A stretch of DNA of 64,000 bases from an uncultured Prevotella sp. (GCA_937922435.1 CAKZVT010000031.1:237-64236), one strand, 5' to 3'; numbered from the stretch's first letter, positions 22,035 through 31,824 are shown. The notes: a model not told the origin generated them from the letters alone. Program-made: numbers and translations.

Positions 22035-22958
22035 TTATTTGTCAAGGCTTGACATGGCGAGTTTCAGCAGGTCTCTGTCGTAAGGGTCGTTCCGCCCCGA
22101 CGCCATGTCTTTTAAGCTTTTCATGCAGATAGTACGCTCATCTTCATTGAGAAGTTTGCCATGTTCGCGGCACAGCTCCACGATTTTGTTGATTAATGAT
22201 GCCTGTACCGTCCGCTGTCCTATAAGCTCGGGGCTGAGTAGCGTTGACCTTAGGCTGGAGAAGCGTTTGATGAAGTCCATGCCAGTCTCAATCTTGTTGT
22301 TTGTGGGCATGTCGCTTTCAATCTTGTACTCCTTGCCGGTGTCGGTGTCTTTTACGGTTATGGTGCCGTCTGAATTAATCATAGTGACGTGTCTCAAACC
22401 GCTTGAATACGGTGTGAGTACGGTTACTGTATTTGCCTTCTGCGGGTCGCGGCCATATATTTCGGTTATCGTGCCGCGCAGGCTGTCGCCGTTAGCCGTC
22501 TCGGCCCACACTATCGCGTAGGCGTAACGGCGCAGGCTGTCCTGCGTGTTGCGTACGAACATCAGACGGTAGTTCCTGTCCTTGTACGAGCCATAGCTTA
22601 TGCTCTTGTCCAATTTCTCTCCGTATGCTATGTTTGAAAGCACGTTTTTGCTTATGCCTGCATCCCTTGACTGCACCTTGTAAGCTTCGTATTTGTCTCT
22701 GTCGAACGCCGTCAGCACCTTGTCAAGCTCCTTGCGCTTGCTCTTGGGCATGTTGAACGAGTATTCATTGTAATACGATTGGGTCTTTACTCCGTTGTTC
22801 TCGGAGTTCTCCATGCTGTTGCTTGCCTTGATGTAAGGTGCCAGGTCTTTGTTGCTGGTAAAGGAGATGATGGCTCCTTTCAGGTTGATTTGCGCTTCTG
22901 TTGTGGCCGGCATGGCGGCGAAGAGCAGTGCCGCGGCCATGAGTTTTATTGTCTTCAT
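22035..22958 (-). CDS. exported protein of unknown function, last gene of the ECF sigma module
   Basis: 307 aa with signal peptide MKTIKLMAAALLFAAMPATTEAQ. It starts 11 nt downstream of the anti-sigma-like gene. Family not recognised. Confidence 0.7.
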   Translation of the reverse strand: MKTIKLMAAALLFAAMPATTEAQINLKGAIISFTSNKDLAPYIKASNSMENSENNGVKTQSYYNEYSFNMPKSKRKELDKVLTAFDRDKYEAYKVQSRDAGISKNVLSNIAYGEKLDKSISYGSYKDRNYRLMFVRNTQDSLRRYAYAIVWAETANGDSLRGTITEIYGRDPQKANTVTVLTPYSSGLRHVTMINSDGTITVKDTDTGKEYKIESDMPTNNKIETGMDFIKRFSSLRSTLLSPELIGQRTVQASLINKIVELCREHGKLLNEDERTICMKSLKDMASGRNDPYDRDLLKLAMSSLDK

Positions 22959-22969
22959 ATCTTTTGTTT

Positions 22970-23656
22970 TTAGTAATATTCATCTTCAACGTCATAGTTT
23001 TCCATGGCGGTTACGTACAGGTCTATGCCAGCTTCGATGCGTTTGTGCTCGTCATAGATGCTGTCGAGCACTGCCTCCTGTTGTAATTCGGCCACTTTTA
23101 CCGTAGCCTCGGCTATCATTTCTGCCGCCTCGATGACAGAGTCAGTTTGCGTTTCGGCCACGTAAACCTTGGGAGGCAACGGCTTGTAGCGGTCAATCCT
23201 CGGCTTGCGCCTGCGTGCTTTTTTTATTGGAACAACGGTTGTCGCCGTGTCGGCGGTAAGCGTGTCGGGCGCGGCTGCCGGTTTGTTGCTCTCTTGGATT
23301 GGTGGCACAGCCTTGTTTTCTGCCATTTGTCGCGGCTCGGCCTTCGGCCATGCAACGAGCATAAGCAGGGCTATTGTCGCCGCAGCTGCGGCGATTAAGC
23401 AGACTGTTTTACGGGGAAACTGGGAGGACTGGGAGCTTCGGGAAGACTGGAGTGTGGCTTGTCTGCTTGTTTGTTTGTTAACTTGTATGCTTTCAAGAGG
23501 CATTCCCTCGTCAAACCATGCGAACATCTGTTTGTACGGTTGCAGGTCTTCGCCTAAGTCGTGGGTGCGCAGATAATCGGCCAGTCGGCTTTCCTCTTCA
23601 AGCGAGGTTTGGCCTGCCATGTATCGGTCGATGAGTGTGCGTATGTCTTTTTCCAT
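22970..23656 (-). CDS. putative anti-sigma factor (single-pass membrane protein)
   Basis: 228 aa. The call rests on a short cytoplasmic N-domain, one TM helix (VCLIAAAAATIALLMLVAW), and its position 4 nt after the ECF sigma gene. Confidence 0.5.
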   Translation of the reverse strand: MEKDIRTLIDRYMAGQTSLEEESRLADYLRTHDLGEDLQPYKQMFAWFDEGMPLESIQVNKQTSRQATLQSSRSSQSSQFPRKTVCLIAAAAATIALLMLVAWPKAEPRQMAENKAVPPIQESNKPAAAPDTLTADTATTVVPIKKARRRKPRIDRYKPLPPKVYVAETQTDSVIEAAEMIAEATVKVAELQQEAVLDSIYDEHKRIEAGIDLYVTAMENYDVEDEYY

Positions 23657-23660
23657 AATA

Positions 23661-24158
23661 TTACCTTTCCCTTTTCTTAAACTCGTTCAACATCTTTGCC
23701 CTTGCACGCGCGAGGATGGTGGATACCGACGAACGCTCTACGCCCACGATGCGTGCTATTTCTTCGTGGCTCTTGCGCTCAACTTGTCTCAATCGCAGTA
23801 TTTGGTACTCTGTTGACGGCAGCGAGGCAAGGCGTTCTGTGAGCCAGGCCATGTTCTCCTTGTCTTCCATTGCGCGGTCGGGGCTTGCCGTCTTGTCGTC
23901 GATGAAGCTTCGGTCTGCGTCCAATGATATGGTGCGTCGCCGGCGGACGCTGTCTATGGCGCGGTTGTGAGCTATGCACGAGGCCAGCTTTTCGGCGTGC
24001 GCCGGGTCGCAGATTTCAGTGCGCAGAGTCCACAGCTTCAGCATCGTTTCCTGCGCTATGTCCTCGGCCTCGTCGCCGCTGGCGGCGAAGGCGAGCGCCG
24101 TAGCGACGGCTCTTTGCCTTATGCGTGTGGCTATATGTTCAAACTCTGCCTGTTCCAT
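23661..24158 (-). CDS. RNA polymerase ECF-type sigma-70 factor
   Basis: The track ORF starts at TTG 24176; ATG 24158 gives MEQAEFEHI... It has region 2 (DEAEDIAQETMLKLW) and region 4 (EYQILRLRQVERKSHEEIARIVGVERSSVSTILARARAKM). Confidence 0.85.
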   Translation of the reverse strand: MEQAEFEHIATRIRQRAVATALAFAASGDEAEDIAQETMLKLWTLRTEICDPAHAEKLASCIAHNRAIDSVRRRRTISLDADRSFIDDKTASPDRAMEDKENMAWLTERLASLPSTEYQILRLRQVERKSHEEIARIVGVERSSVSTILARARAKMLNEFKKRER

Positions 24159-24263
24159 TGTTGCCTTTCTGAACAATAAACGGATAAGTGCATGAAAACA
24201 AAACAGGCTTTAATCTTTTTTAAGATAAAGCCTGTTATATTTTGATTTACGGTATGTTTGTGC

Positions 24264-24271
24264 TAATTTTG
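24264..24271 (+). promoter_or_regulatory. -7 promoter box for the GtrA-family gene
   Basis: TAATTTTG, 24 nt upstream of ATG 24295. Confidence 0.5.
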
Positions 24272-24294
24272 CAGCGACAAAACTGCTGGAAGGT

Positions 24295-24675
24295 ATGCTG
24301 TTTTCGCGTGAAACGTTTTTCGAGCTTGTGCGCTTCGGCGCCGTAGGCGTTGTGGCTACGGCCCTGCATTACGGCGTTTACTGGCTGCTGCACGGCGTGA
24401 TGGATGTCAACGTGGCATACACTTTGGGATATTTGGTAAGCTTTGTTGCCAACTATGTGCTCTCGGCGCGCTTCACTTTCCGCAAGAAAAAGTCGGTTAA
24501 GAACGGCCTCGGCTTCGCCTGCGCCCATCTGTTCAACTATCTTTTGCAAATCAGCCTGCTCAATTTCTTTATATGGCTAGGCGTAAGCAAGGTTCTTGCT
24601 CCTGTGCCAGTGTATTGCGTGGCGATACCTACCAATTTCCTTATTGTAAGGTTCGTGTTTAGAAAATTGGGCTGA
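24295..24675 (+). CDS. GtrA-family membrane protein
   Basis: 126 aa with four hydrophobic helices. LVRFGAVGVVATALHYGVYWLL and the FTFRKK loop are typical of GtrA-like proteins. Confidence 0.75.
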   Translation: MLFSRETFFELVRFGAVGVVATALHYGVYWLLHGVMDVNVAYTLGYLVSFVANYVLSARFTFRKKKSVKNGLGFACAHLFNYLLQISLLNFFIWLGVSKVLAPVPVYCVAIPTNFLIVRFVFRKLG

Positions 24676-24683
24676 CCGACGGT

Positions 24684-25928
24684 TCAGTAAATCCTGAACC
24701 GTCCCGAAACGTGGAGCATAGACAGCATGTAGACCATACCGCTGTAATAGCGGAACTCGCCGGTCGGAGCCTTGGTGTTCCATAACCGCTCTACATATTC
24801 TTTCGCCAAGGCTTTGTCTTCCAGGCAGAACGCGCCGACGGCGTTAGCCCCGGCCATGCCTTCGGAGTAGCCTCCGGTGGGCGATGTGCCGTCAAGGTTG
24901 AACTGTCCGTGCTCGAATCCTTCGTTCTTGAAGAACTTTAGCAGGCGCGTCATCATGTCGGTCTGGCGCTTGCAGTCCTTGCCGAACCAGTTGTAGTCCA
25001 TGCCGATGTTCATCGCGCAGCGTATTGCGTCGTATTGATAGCGGCGTGCGTCGTAGTCGTTTTTCCAATCCGGCTGGAACGGTTCTCCTTTGAACGTTGA
25101 ATAGTCGGGGAAAAGACCTGTCACGGGATGTGACGATTTAGCCAATAACTCCCTGGCCGCATCGGGGGTGTGTGACCAGAAGTCTTTGTTAGTGTCAGAC
25201 CACATAGCCCACAGTTCAAAGAAGGCAGGCAGGTTGTAAGACGGGTCGGTGTGCAGGCGTGAGCCTTCGTGTGGAACGAAGCAGACAAGTTTTGTCTTTG
25301 CGTCAAATATGTTGTAAACGCCTTGAGAGCCGTCTTTCGACATTACGTCTTTCAGTATTTTCTGCGCTTCGCGCCCGTAGTCGAATACACCGTCGTCGCC
25401 CCAGCGGTGGGAAGCGAAGAAGAGTGACGTGATAAAGTAGATTTCGCCGTCGGTGGCGCAGCTCGGCTCTCCGCCGATTTTGCTGCCGTCTGTGTTGCAT
25501 TGCCATGCAAAATATCCCTTCCAGCGGCCTGAAGTATAGAGCATGTGGGTTTTAGCCCACCGCCAAATCTTGTCAAACTCGGTTCTCTTGTTCATCTGCA
25601 CGCATATCATCATGCCGTAAGACATGCCCTCGGTCCTTACGTCGTGGCTGCCTGTATCGTAGATGTAGGCCGTGCTGTCGCTGTCTTCAAAGTACACTTT
25701 GGTGTCTTCGTCAACGAAAAAGTGTTTCCATACCTGCGCCAGCCGTTCGTCTGTCTTGGTGTCGGATATTCCAAGATACTCATTGAACAGATTTCTGTAA
25801 ACACTGGTGTAGAAAGCTCCTTTGCCGTTTCCGGCAGTCGTGTTTGTGGTTTTAGCTCTTGCGCCGGACAATGCTCCGCCAAAGGTCAGCAGGCAGCATA
25901 GTGCTGTTAGAAATGTTTTTACTTGCAT
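24684..25928 (-). CDS. glycoside hydrolase family 8 (secreted)
   Basis: ORF 24684..26078, trimmed to ATG 25928 (MQVKTFLTALCCLLTFGGALSGARA signal peptide). It carries a GH8-signature-like ATDGEIYFITSLFFASHRW. Confidence 0.75.
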   Translation of the reverse strand: MQVKTFLTALCCLLTFGGALSGARAKTTNTTAGNGKGAFYTSVYRNLFNEYLGISDTKTDERLAQVWKHFFVDEDTKVYFEDSDSTAYIYDTGSHDVRTEGMSYGMMICVQMNKRTEFDKIWRWAKTHMLYTSGRWKGYFAWQCNTDGSKIGGEPSCATDGEIYFITSLFFASHRWGDDGVFDYGREAQKILKDVMSKDGSQGVYNIFDAKTKLVCFVPHEGSRLHTDPSYNLPAFFELWAMWSDTNKDFWSHTPDAARELLAKSSHPVTGLFPDYSTFKGEPFQPDWKNDYDARRYQYDAIRCAMNIGMDYNWFGKDCKRQTDMMTRLLKFFKNEGFEHGQFNLDGTSPTGGYSEGMAGANAVGAFCLEDKALAKEYVERLWNTKAPTGEFRYYSGMVYMLSMLHVSGRFRIY

Positions 25929-26220
25929 AGCTGTGGGTGTTAAGTTTGGTGATTGACATGTTTTTCTTTTGTTATTGATTGAAACAAGGCTTTTTGCACA
26001 ACTGTTCAAAGTGCAAAGATAATGTTTTGACATATCTGTTGGTGTGGGATTGCAGGCTTTTGTGCCTGTGTGTAACAAATAGGCACGTATTTAATACAAG
26101 TAATAATGTTTCTGCCTGATGACGTAGGGTAAATCACAATCTGTCATCAGGACATGCCGGCAGAGCATTGCCGTTATTCGCACACTCTTTGCCTACTGAA
26201 ATGTAATGGTCGGTTTGGGT

Positions 26221-26268
26221 AAACGGTTCGCGGCTGAAACCCGTTTGAGTTCCAGCCGCGAACCGTTT
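26221..26268 (-). terminator. stem-loop downstream of the HAD hydrolase gene
   Basis: Perfect 16-bp stem aaacggttcgcggctg / cagccgcgaaccgttt with a 16-nt loop, 19 nt beyond the stop at 26287. Confidence 0.55.
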
Positions 26269-26286
26269 ATGTGTTTCAAAGTCTGC

Positions 26287-26718
26287 TTAACGTTGCCACC
26301 ACCTTTTCTTTTTGGCGGCCATGTCATGATGTGCCGTTCCCATCCGTTCCATCATGATGTCGTAGTAAGTCTTGTTCTCTTTTATCATGTGGTAGATGGT
26401 GCCCCAGTCGGGCAGTCCGCCAATGTTGCGGTCGTCAATGAACATGTCTACCTTTAGCTTGCGCGAGAAATGATTGTTGTTGTCAGTTCCGCGCTCTTCC
26501 GGGTAGTCGCGGTTAACGGCATAAAACTCCACTCCGTGCTCCCTGCACCAGTTCACTGCTTCGTCAAGCAGTTCGCCTTCGCGTACCGACCAAAGTATCA
26601 GTTTGTGACGGTCGGCAATCAGCATTTTAAGGGTTTCGGTGGCGAACGGGATTTCCTTGCCGATTTCTGGATACCTGTGTTCTACGATTGTTCCGTCGAA
26701 ATCTACTGCTATTGTCAT
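26287..26718 (-). CDS. small HAD-superfamily hydrolase (capless type)
   Basis: 143 aa. N-terminal MTIAVDFDGTIV supplies the DxDGT nucleophile motif, and a distal FIDDR acidic motif is present. Confidence 0.7.
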   Translation of the reverse strand: MTIAVDFDGTIVEHRYPEIGKEIPFATETLKMLIADRHKLILWSVREGELLDEAVNWCREHGVEFYAVNRDYPEERGTDNNNHFSRKLKVDMFIDDRNIGGLPDWGTIYHMIKENKTYYDIMMERMGTAHHDMAAKKKRWWQR

Positions 26719-26740
26719 GATACGTCTGGTGAATGGGGTG

Positions 26741-29236
26741 TTATTGCTTTATGGAATTGTCGTCCTTGTTACTGTAATGGCTGTTGGCGTAATTGCCGTA
26801 TTTCCCGTATCCGCTGTTGCCATAATGTCCATAACGGCTGTATTTGCCGTAATTGCCATATCCGTAGTAGTAACGGTACTTCTTTTCAGACAGGTCGATT
26901 CCGTTGATGGCGATGCACATGTTGGGCAACTTTTGTTCTTCTGCAAGGCTGTTTATTATGTTGAAGCTTGCTTTAGGAGTATAGTCGGCACGGCAAATGT
27001 ATATGCTTATGTCGGCGAGCTTGCCTATTTGCAACGTGTCAGTAACCAGTCCTACAGGTGCGGTGTCAATCATGACATAGTCGTAGTGCTGCTTGAGTTG
27101 CGTTATAACTTGTTCCAACGCCGGACGTGACAGTAATTCAGTTGGGTTGGGAGGCACTATTCCTGCCATTAACAGGTCAAGATTGCCATTTACCTCTGAT
27201 GGATGTATTTGTTCCTGTATGTCGTCCCATTGCGGATTTTCCATCATCAGAAGGTTTGTAATGCCAGATTTGTAGTTGTTGATTTTGAACAGTTCGGCCA
27301 GCCTCGGTTTGCGGATGTCAAGTCCGATGAGTATGATTTTCTTTCCGAGCAATGCAAAACTTATAGCCAGGTTTGTAGCAGTGAAAGTCTTGCCTTCGCC
27401 TGATGTGGACGATGTGAATAAGACTACGTTCTGTCCCGGTTTTAGCATGAATTGTATATTGGTTCGCATCGAACGGAATATTTCCTCCATCTGGTTGTTT
27501 TGGTTTTCATGCACCACGATGTCAGCCCTTGTTTTCGTTGTTTCGTTCGCAACGGCAATGTCCGCGATTATAGGCAATTTTGTCAGGTTTGCTACGTCGT
27601 CATGTCCTTCTATCTTGTAGCGGAAGAAGTTGATTACATAAAGGACTGCAGCTGGTACGGCGATACCGAAAACTAAAGCCACGAGCATTATTATGCTGCC
27701 CTTGGGGCTTATTTTCTTGTTGAATTGCGGCCTTTCTATGAGTTTTCCTTTGTCTGCGGTTGCCGCGAGTGATATCGAGTTCTCTTCGCGTTTCTGTAAA
27801 AGCATCAGGTACAGTCCGGACCTTACTTCCTGCTGCCTGCCTATTTGTGTTAGGATACGTTCCTGTTCTGGAGCTTTAGTGACTTGGTCGTTGTATAAGC
27901 CGAGCTGCTTGCTAATGGCGTCACGTTGTATGATAAGTCCCTTGCGTGCTTGCTCCAAAGCCTGCTGTATGCTTGCCTGCATGTCGTCTAATTGCGACGT
28001 AAGCTCGGTGACGACAGGGCTGCTTTCAGATGCAGTGCGCAACAGCCTGTTACGTTCAAGCGCAATCTTGTTGTATTCGTTGATTAACGACGTTGAAGCT
28101 TCGTCTTGCAATCCGATGTTCGATGGCAATACTTGGTGCTTGTTGCCAGGGCGGTTCGCAAAATTGATAAGACTACCGATGAGGGCTATCTGCGTATTGG
28201 CTTCGTTGAGCTTCTGGCCGTATGTGGATGTGTTCGTGGATGTAGCCATGGCGTCGAGCTGAAGCTCCATGAGCTTGTTGCGCTTTTTGTAGCTTTCCAT
28301 GGCTCCATCTGTAGAGCTAAGTTCCGCATCGATTTTTACAAGGCGGTCGTTTATGAAGGCTTCTGTCATAACGGCAACCTCATTCTTGTCCTCATTGGCT
28401 TGGCGGTTGTAGCATGTCACCAACTGGTTCAAATAGTCGATGCTTCTTGTTATGTCCTGGTCTTCCAATTGCAGGTTGAAAACGGAAGATGTTTTCGATG
28501 TTTGTTCTACGCTTAGTTTTCCGGTGTATTCATGCGCTTTGTTGCGTGGTGAAATAAGGTATGCGTATTGTGTCTCGCCGTCTTCAAGTGTGTATTTCCC
28601 GTTTTGTGTCAAAGTCAGTGTTCCGGCTTGTGTCCGTATTACGGCAGGAAGGCTGTTTACTGTTTTTTCAATTTCATACGGTCCGTCGAAACTTATTTCA
28701 TTTTCAGCTATATAATAAGTTCCTTTAATGTGGTATGAATCGTTTTCCCGTTTGATTTTTAGTTCAAACGGGGCATTCAGCTTTTCGATATGCGACGAGT
28801 CCATATCTACATTGATGGGCTGCTTCTTGTATACAAGTTGCTTCTTGATGTTACCTTTTATATAATAACTGGCATACAGTTTCAAGTCGCGTATTGCTTG
28901 TTCGGCGATAGTGGTAGAAGTCAGTATTTCCTGTTCGTTTTCCGTACCGTAGTTGCTGCTTATGAAACCGAAGTTGGACATGCTTTCCAATGCCTGAAGA
29001 GCACCTCCGCCTCTTCTGTTGTCGTCGTTGCCATCCTTTATAAGGAGTTTTGCCGATGTGCTGTATACTGGTGTGGCATAACGCAAATATAAGAAACCGA
29101 TACCAACACATATGATGGTTGATAAAAGAAACCATTTCCAATTCAAAATGAATGCGGTGAAAATGGTGCTGAAGTTGAAGGATGATTGCTCTTCACTTGT
29201 TCCTTGGATTTGCTGGTCGTTCTTTAACTCGTTCAT
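26741..29236 (-). CDS. polysaccharide co-polymerase / bacterial tyrosine (BY) kinase, Wzc/Etk-like
   Basis: 831 aa. It has an N-terminal Wzz-like domain with two TM segments and a coiled-coil periplasmic region. It also has Walker A SSTSGEGKTFTATNLA, Walker A' ILIGLDIRKP, Walker B YDYVMIDTAPVG, and a Tyr-cluster tail YRYYYGYGNYGKYSRYGHYGNSGYGKYGNY. Confidence 0.9.
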   Translation of the reverse strand: MNELKNDQQIQGTSEEQSSFNFSTIFTAFILNWKWFLLSTIICVGIGFLYLRYATPVYSTSAKLLIKDGNDDNRRGGGALQALESMSNFGFISSNYGTENEQEILTSTTIAEQAIRDLKLYASYYIKGNIKKQLVYKKQPINVDMDSSHIEKLNAPFELKIKRENDSYHIKGTYYIAENEISFDGPYEIEKTVNSLPAVIRTQAGTLTLTQNGKYTLEDGETQYAYLISPRNKAHEYTGKLSVEQTSKTSSVFNLQLEDQDITRSIDYLNQLVTCYNRQANEDKNEVAVMTEAFINDRLVKIDAELSSTDGAMESYKKRNKLMELQLDAMATSTNTSTYGQKLNEANTQIALIGSLINFANRPGNKHQVLPSNIGLQDEASTSLINEYNKIALERNRLLRTASESSPVVTELTSQLDDMQASIQQALEQARKGLIIQRDAISKQLGLYNDQVTKAPEQERILTQIGRQQEVRSGLYLMLLQKREENSISLAATADKGKLIERPQFNKKISPKGSIIMLVALVFGIAVPAAVLYVINFFRYKIEGHDDVANLTKLPIIADIAVANETTKTRADIVVHENQNNQMEEIFRSMRTNIQFMLKPGQNVVLFTSSTSGEGKTFTATNLAISFALLGKKIILIGLDIRKPRLAELFKINNYKSGITNLLMMENPQWDDIQEQIHPSEVNGNLDLLMAGIVPPNPTELLSRPALEQVITQLKQHYDYVMIDTAPVGLVTDTLQIGKLADISIYICRADYTPKASFNIINSLAEEQKLPNMCIAINGIDLSEKKYRYYYGYGNYGKYSRYGHYGNSGYGKYGNYANSHYSNKDDNSIKQ

Positions 29237-29281
29237 CTACTTTTGTGTTTTGTCTTGATAATTCGTTTTGTACCGATAATG

Positions 29282-30160
29282 TTAGTCTTGTCCGATTAGG
29301 CTCATAAGGTATTTGCCGTAATCGTTTTTCAACATTGGCTGTGCGTTCTCTTTCAGCTTGTCGGCGTTAATCCAGCCCTGTTTGAACGCAATTTCTTCAA
29401 GGCAGGCGATTTTTAGCCCTTGTCGTTTCTCTATGACTTCTATGAAAGTCGAGGCTTCACTAAGGCTGTCGTGTGTACCAGTGTCGAGCCATGCAAAGCC
29501 GCGTTGCAAGGTTTGGACTTTAAGGGCGTGCCTTTTCAGATATTCTTGGTTTACAGACGTAATTTCCAATTCACCGCGTTTGCTGGGTTTTATATTTTTA
29601 GCGATTTCAACAACACTGTTGGGATAGAAATACAAACCTACCACGGCGTAGTTGCTTTTGGGATTCTCTGGTTTTTCTTCAATGCTGAGGCAATTCCCTT
29701 GTGCGTCAAATTCGGCCACTCCGTAACGTTCAGGGTCGTTCACGTAATATCCGAAAACAGTCGCTTTATCTTCTTGTTCTGCTGTTGCGACACAATTTCT
29801 TAATATGCCGGAAAAACCAGCTCCGTGGAAGATGTTGTCGCCTAAGACAAGGCATACACAATCATTCCCAATAAAATTCTCCCCAATGATGAAAGCCTGT
29901 GCCAGTCCGTCGGGAGAAGGTTGTTCTGCATATTCGAACCTTACGCCAATGTCAGAGCCGTCACCCAATAGACGTTTGAACCCTGGAAGGTCGTATGGTG
30001 TGGATATTATTAATATTTCCCTTATGCCTGCAAGCATCAAGGCTGATATCGGGTAATAAATCATCGGCTTGTCAAAAATTGGTATAAGCTGTTTGCTGAT
30101 ACCTTTTGTGATGGGATATAAGCGAGTGCCTGACCCACCAGCAAGTACGATTCCTTTCAT
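29282..30160 (-). CDS. rfbA: glucose-1-phosphate thymidylyltransferase
   Basis: 292 aa with [37 protein letters not shown] and overall RmlA-like sequence. Confidence 0.95.
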   Translation of the reverse strand: MKGIVLAGGSGTRLYPITKGISKQLIPIFDKPMIYYPISALMLAGIREILIISTPYDLPGFKRLLGDGSDIGVRFEYAEQPSPDGLAQAFIIGENFIGNDCVCLVLGDNIFHGAGFSGILRNCVATAEQEDKATVFGYYVNDPERYGVAEFDAQGNCLSIEEKPENPKSNYAVVGLYFYPNSVVEIAKNIKPSKRGELEITSVNQEYLKRHALKVQTLQRGFAWLDTGTHDSLSEASTFIEVIEKRQGLKIACLEEIAFKQGWINADKLKENAQPMLKNDYGKYLMSLIGQD

Positions 30161-30335
30161 AATTATATATATTTGTTGAAATGAAACAACTGTCTTTTAA
30201 ATTTAAGTGTATCTTGCTTGTTTTTTGTGCTTGTGTACTTATCAAATATTGTGCATGACGTTTTTTATATCATGCAAAGGTATAATAAAAACTGATAATA
30301 ATCAAATTTTATTTTGAAATTTGGCGTATTTGATG

Positions 30336-30357
30336 TATTTTTGCACATGTATTTTTG
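30336..30357 (+). promoter_or_regulatory. two tandem -7 promoter boxes upstream of the 210-aa hypothetical gene
   Basis: TATTTTTG at 30336 and again at 30350; the ATG is at 30399. Confidence 0.4.
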
Positions 30358-30398
30358 TCATGGGGCTTTGCTCCATGTTTTCTTTAATATAAAAATGT

Positions 30399-31031
30399 AT
30401 GGGATTTTTAGGTAAACTTTTTGGAAAGAATAAAGACAAAGAGCATAAGATAGGCGGCATGGAAGATTACATGACGCTTGTTAGGGTTTACTTGCAGGCC
30501 GCAATCGCAGAGAATGCAGGAGTAACAAACCTTGCGATGCTGCCAGACCTGCGTATGTTCAAGGCGACTCTGCATGTGCCGACGTTGAACAACAAGCTTG
30601 GTGTGGGCGAGAAAAAACATTGTAAGAAAATGCTGTCGGATTTATACAAGACGGAAGATGATTTTTTCAAGGAACTAGACCAAAGTATACGCCGCAACTG
30701 CCGGAAGATACAAGATGTGCAGACTTATCTGATACAGTTTCAGAACTTTACTCAAGATGTCATGATGCTTACAGGTAATTTGATGAAGTTCAAGTTGCGT
30801 ATGCCGTCGTTCATGAAGAAAGCAATCTACACGATGACGGAGAAAACTGTGTCTGACATTTTTAATAAGAATGATTTTAAGGACGCAGGTGTGATGAAAA
30901 CCGTAGTTGCAATCAGGACATACAATAAACGTCTTGGTTTCAGCGAGAAGTGGATTACGGGCTTTGTCTACCAGGTTGTGATGCTGGCGAAGAAAGAACC
31001 ACGTCCAAACACAGATGATGTAAAGAACTGA
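30399..31031 (+). CDS. hypothetical cytoplasmic protein
   Basis: 210-aa ORF with two TAnnTTTG boxes upstream. No motif recognised. Confidence 0.6.
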   Translation: MGFLGKLFGKNKDKEHKIGGMEDYMTLVRVYLQAAIAENAGVTNLAMLPDLRMFKATLHVPTLNNKLGVGEKKHCKKMLSDLYKTEDDFFKELDQSIRRNCRKIQDVQTYLIQFQNFTQDVMMLTGNLMKFKLRMPSFMKKAIYTMTEKTVSDIFNKNDFKDAGVMKTVVAIRTYNKRLGFSEKWITGFVYQVVMLAKKEPRPNTDDVKN

Positions 31032-31141
31032 AATTGACGGTTTTCATTGTGGAATTTGTTTGTTAGGCGGTTGTAAAAGCCTAAAAGTCTGAATTTTCCT
31101 AAAATCCGTTGCATAAATTTTGCAATGTGATGAAAAACGTC

Positions 31142-31149
31142 TAATTTTG
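31142..31149 (+). promoter_or_regulatory. -7 promoter box for the coiled-coil/zapA/rny string
   Basis: TAATTTTG, 13 nt upstream of ATG 31162. Confidence 0.45.
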
Positions 31150-31161
31150 TAGACAAAATCG

Positions 31162-31461
31162 ATGCGGATGGCTGATGATGACAAAATCTTGACGCTTTTT
31201 ACAACGCGTGTGAGGCAGATGATTCTTCAATATAAAGATTTGAAGAAGGAAAATGACGAGCTTTATGCGATGGTTGACTCGCGAGACAGCGAGATAAAGC
31301 GGCTCAAGGCCAGTCTGGAGCAGGCACGCAAAGATTATGAAAGCCTCAAGACTGCACGTATGCTTGAAATCTGCGACGGCGATGTTGACGCCGCAAAGCG
31401 CAGGTTGGCCGGGCTGATTAGGGAGGTTGACAAGTGTATAACGCTGCTGAGCGGAAAGTAA
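31162..31461 (+). CDS. small coiled-coil protein upstream of zapA (ZapB-like position)
   Basis: 99 aa with heptad-rich sequence (LQYKDLKKENDELYAMVDSRDSEIKRLKASLEQARKDYESLK). A -7 box lies at 31142. Confidence 0.6.
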   Translation: MRMADDDKILTLFTTRVRQMILQYKDLKKENDELYAMVDSRDSEIKRLKASLEQARKDYESLKTARMLEICDGDVDAAKRRLAGLIREVDKCITLLSGK

Positions 31462-31471
31462 TCAGGTGGCG

Positions 31472-31810
31472 ATGGCTGTAGAGAACGATAAATTACATAT
31501 AAGACTGCACGTTTACGATACATACATTCCGGTAACAGTCAGGCCGGAAGACGAGGCGTATTGTCGTAATGCGGCAAAGCTTATAACGGATAAGGTCAAT
31601 TCGTTGATGGATGTTTATGGTGCAAGTCGGAGCGAGAAGGAAATAATACGCATGGCTATGCTTGACATAGCTATCGACTTGGAATTTGAAAAGTCCAATA
31701 ACGATACCAAGCCTTACGATGATATTCTCACAAAAATCACATCTGAAATCGAGGACGCTTTGGAGGTAAAGACTCCAACCGGCAGCAAGGGAAGTGAGAA
31801 TATTAACTAA
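31472..31810 (+). CDS. zapA: cell division protein ZapA
   Basis: The track ORF starts at GTG 31466; ATG is at 31472. Size, LHIRLHVYDTYIPVTV...AAKLITDKVN, and position immediately upstream of rny fit ZapA. Confidence 0.7.
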   Translation: MAVENDKLHIRLHVYDTYIPVTVRPEDEAYCRNAAKLITDKVNSLMDVYGASRSEKEIIRMAMLDIAIDLEFEKSNNDTKPYDDILTKITSEIEDALEVKTPTGSKGSENIN

Positions 31811-31824
31811 AATAAACTAAGCAA

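Noticed and set aside
24202-24236. Hairpin aacaggctttaatctt / aagataaagcctgtt between the divergent ECF sigma and GtrA genes
   Set aside because: The stem is bulged and lies in a divergent promoter region with no 3' end to terminate. It could be regulatory, but I have no supporting evidence, and it is a single occurrence.
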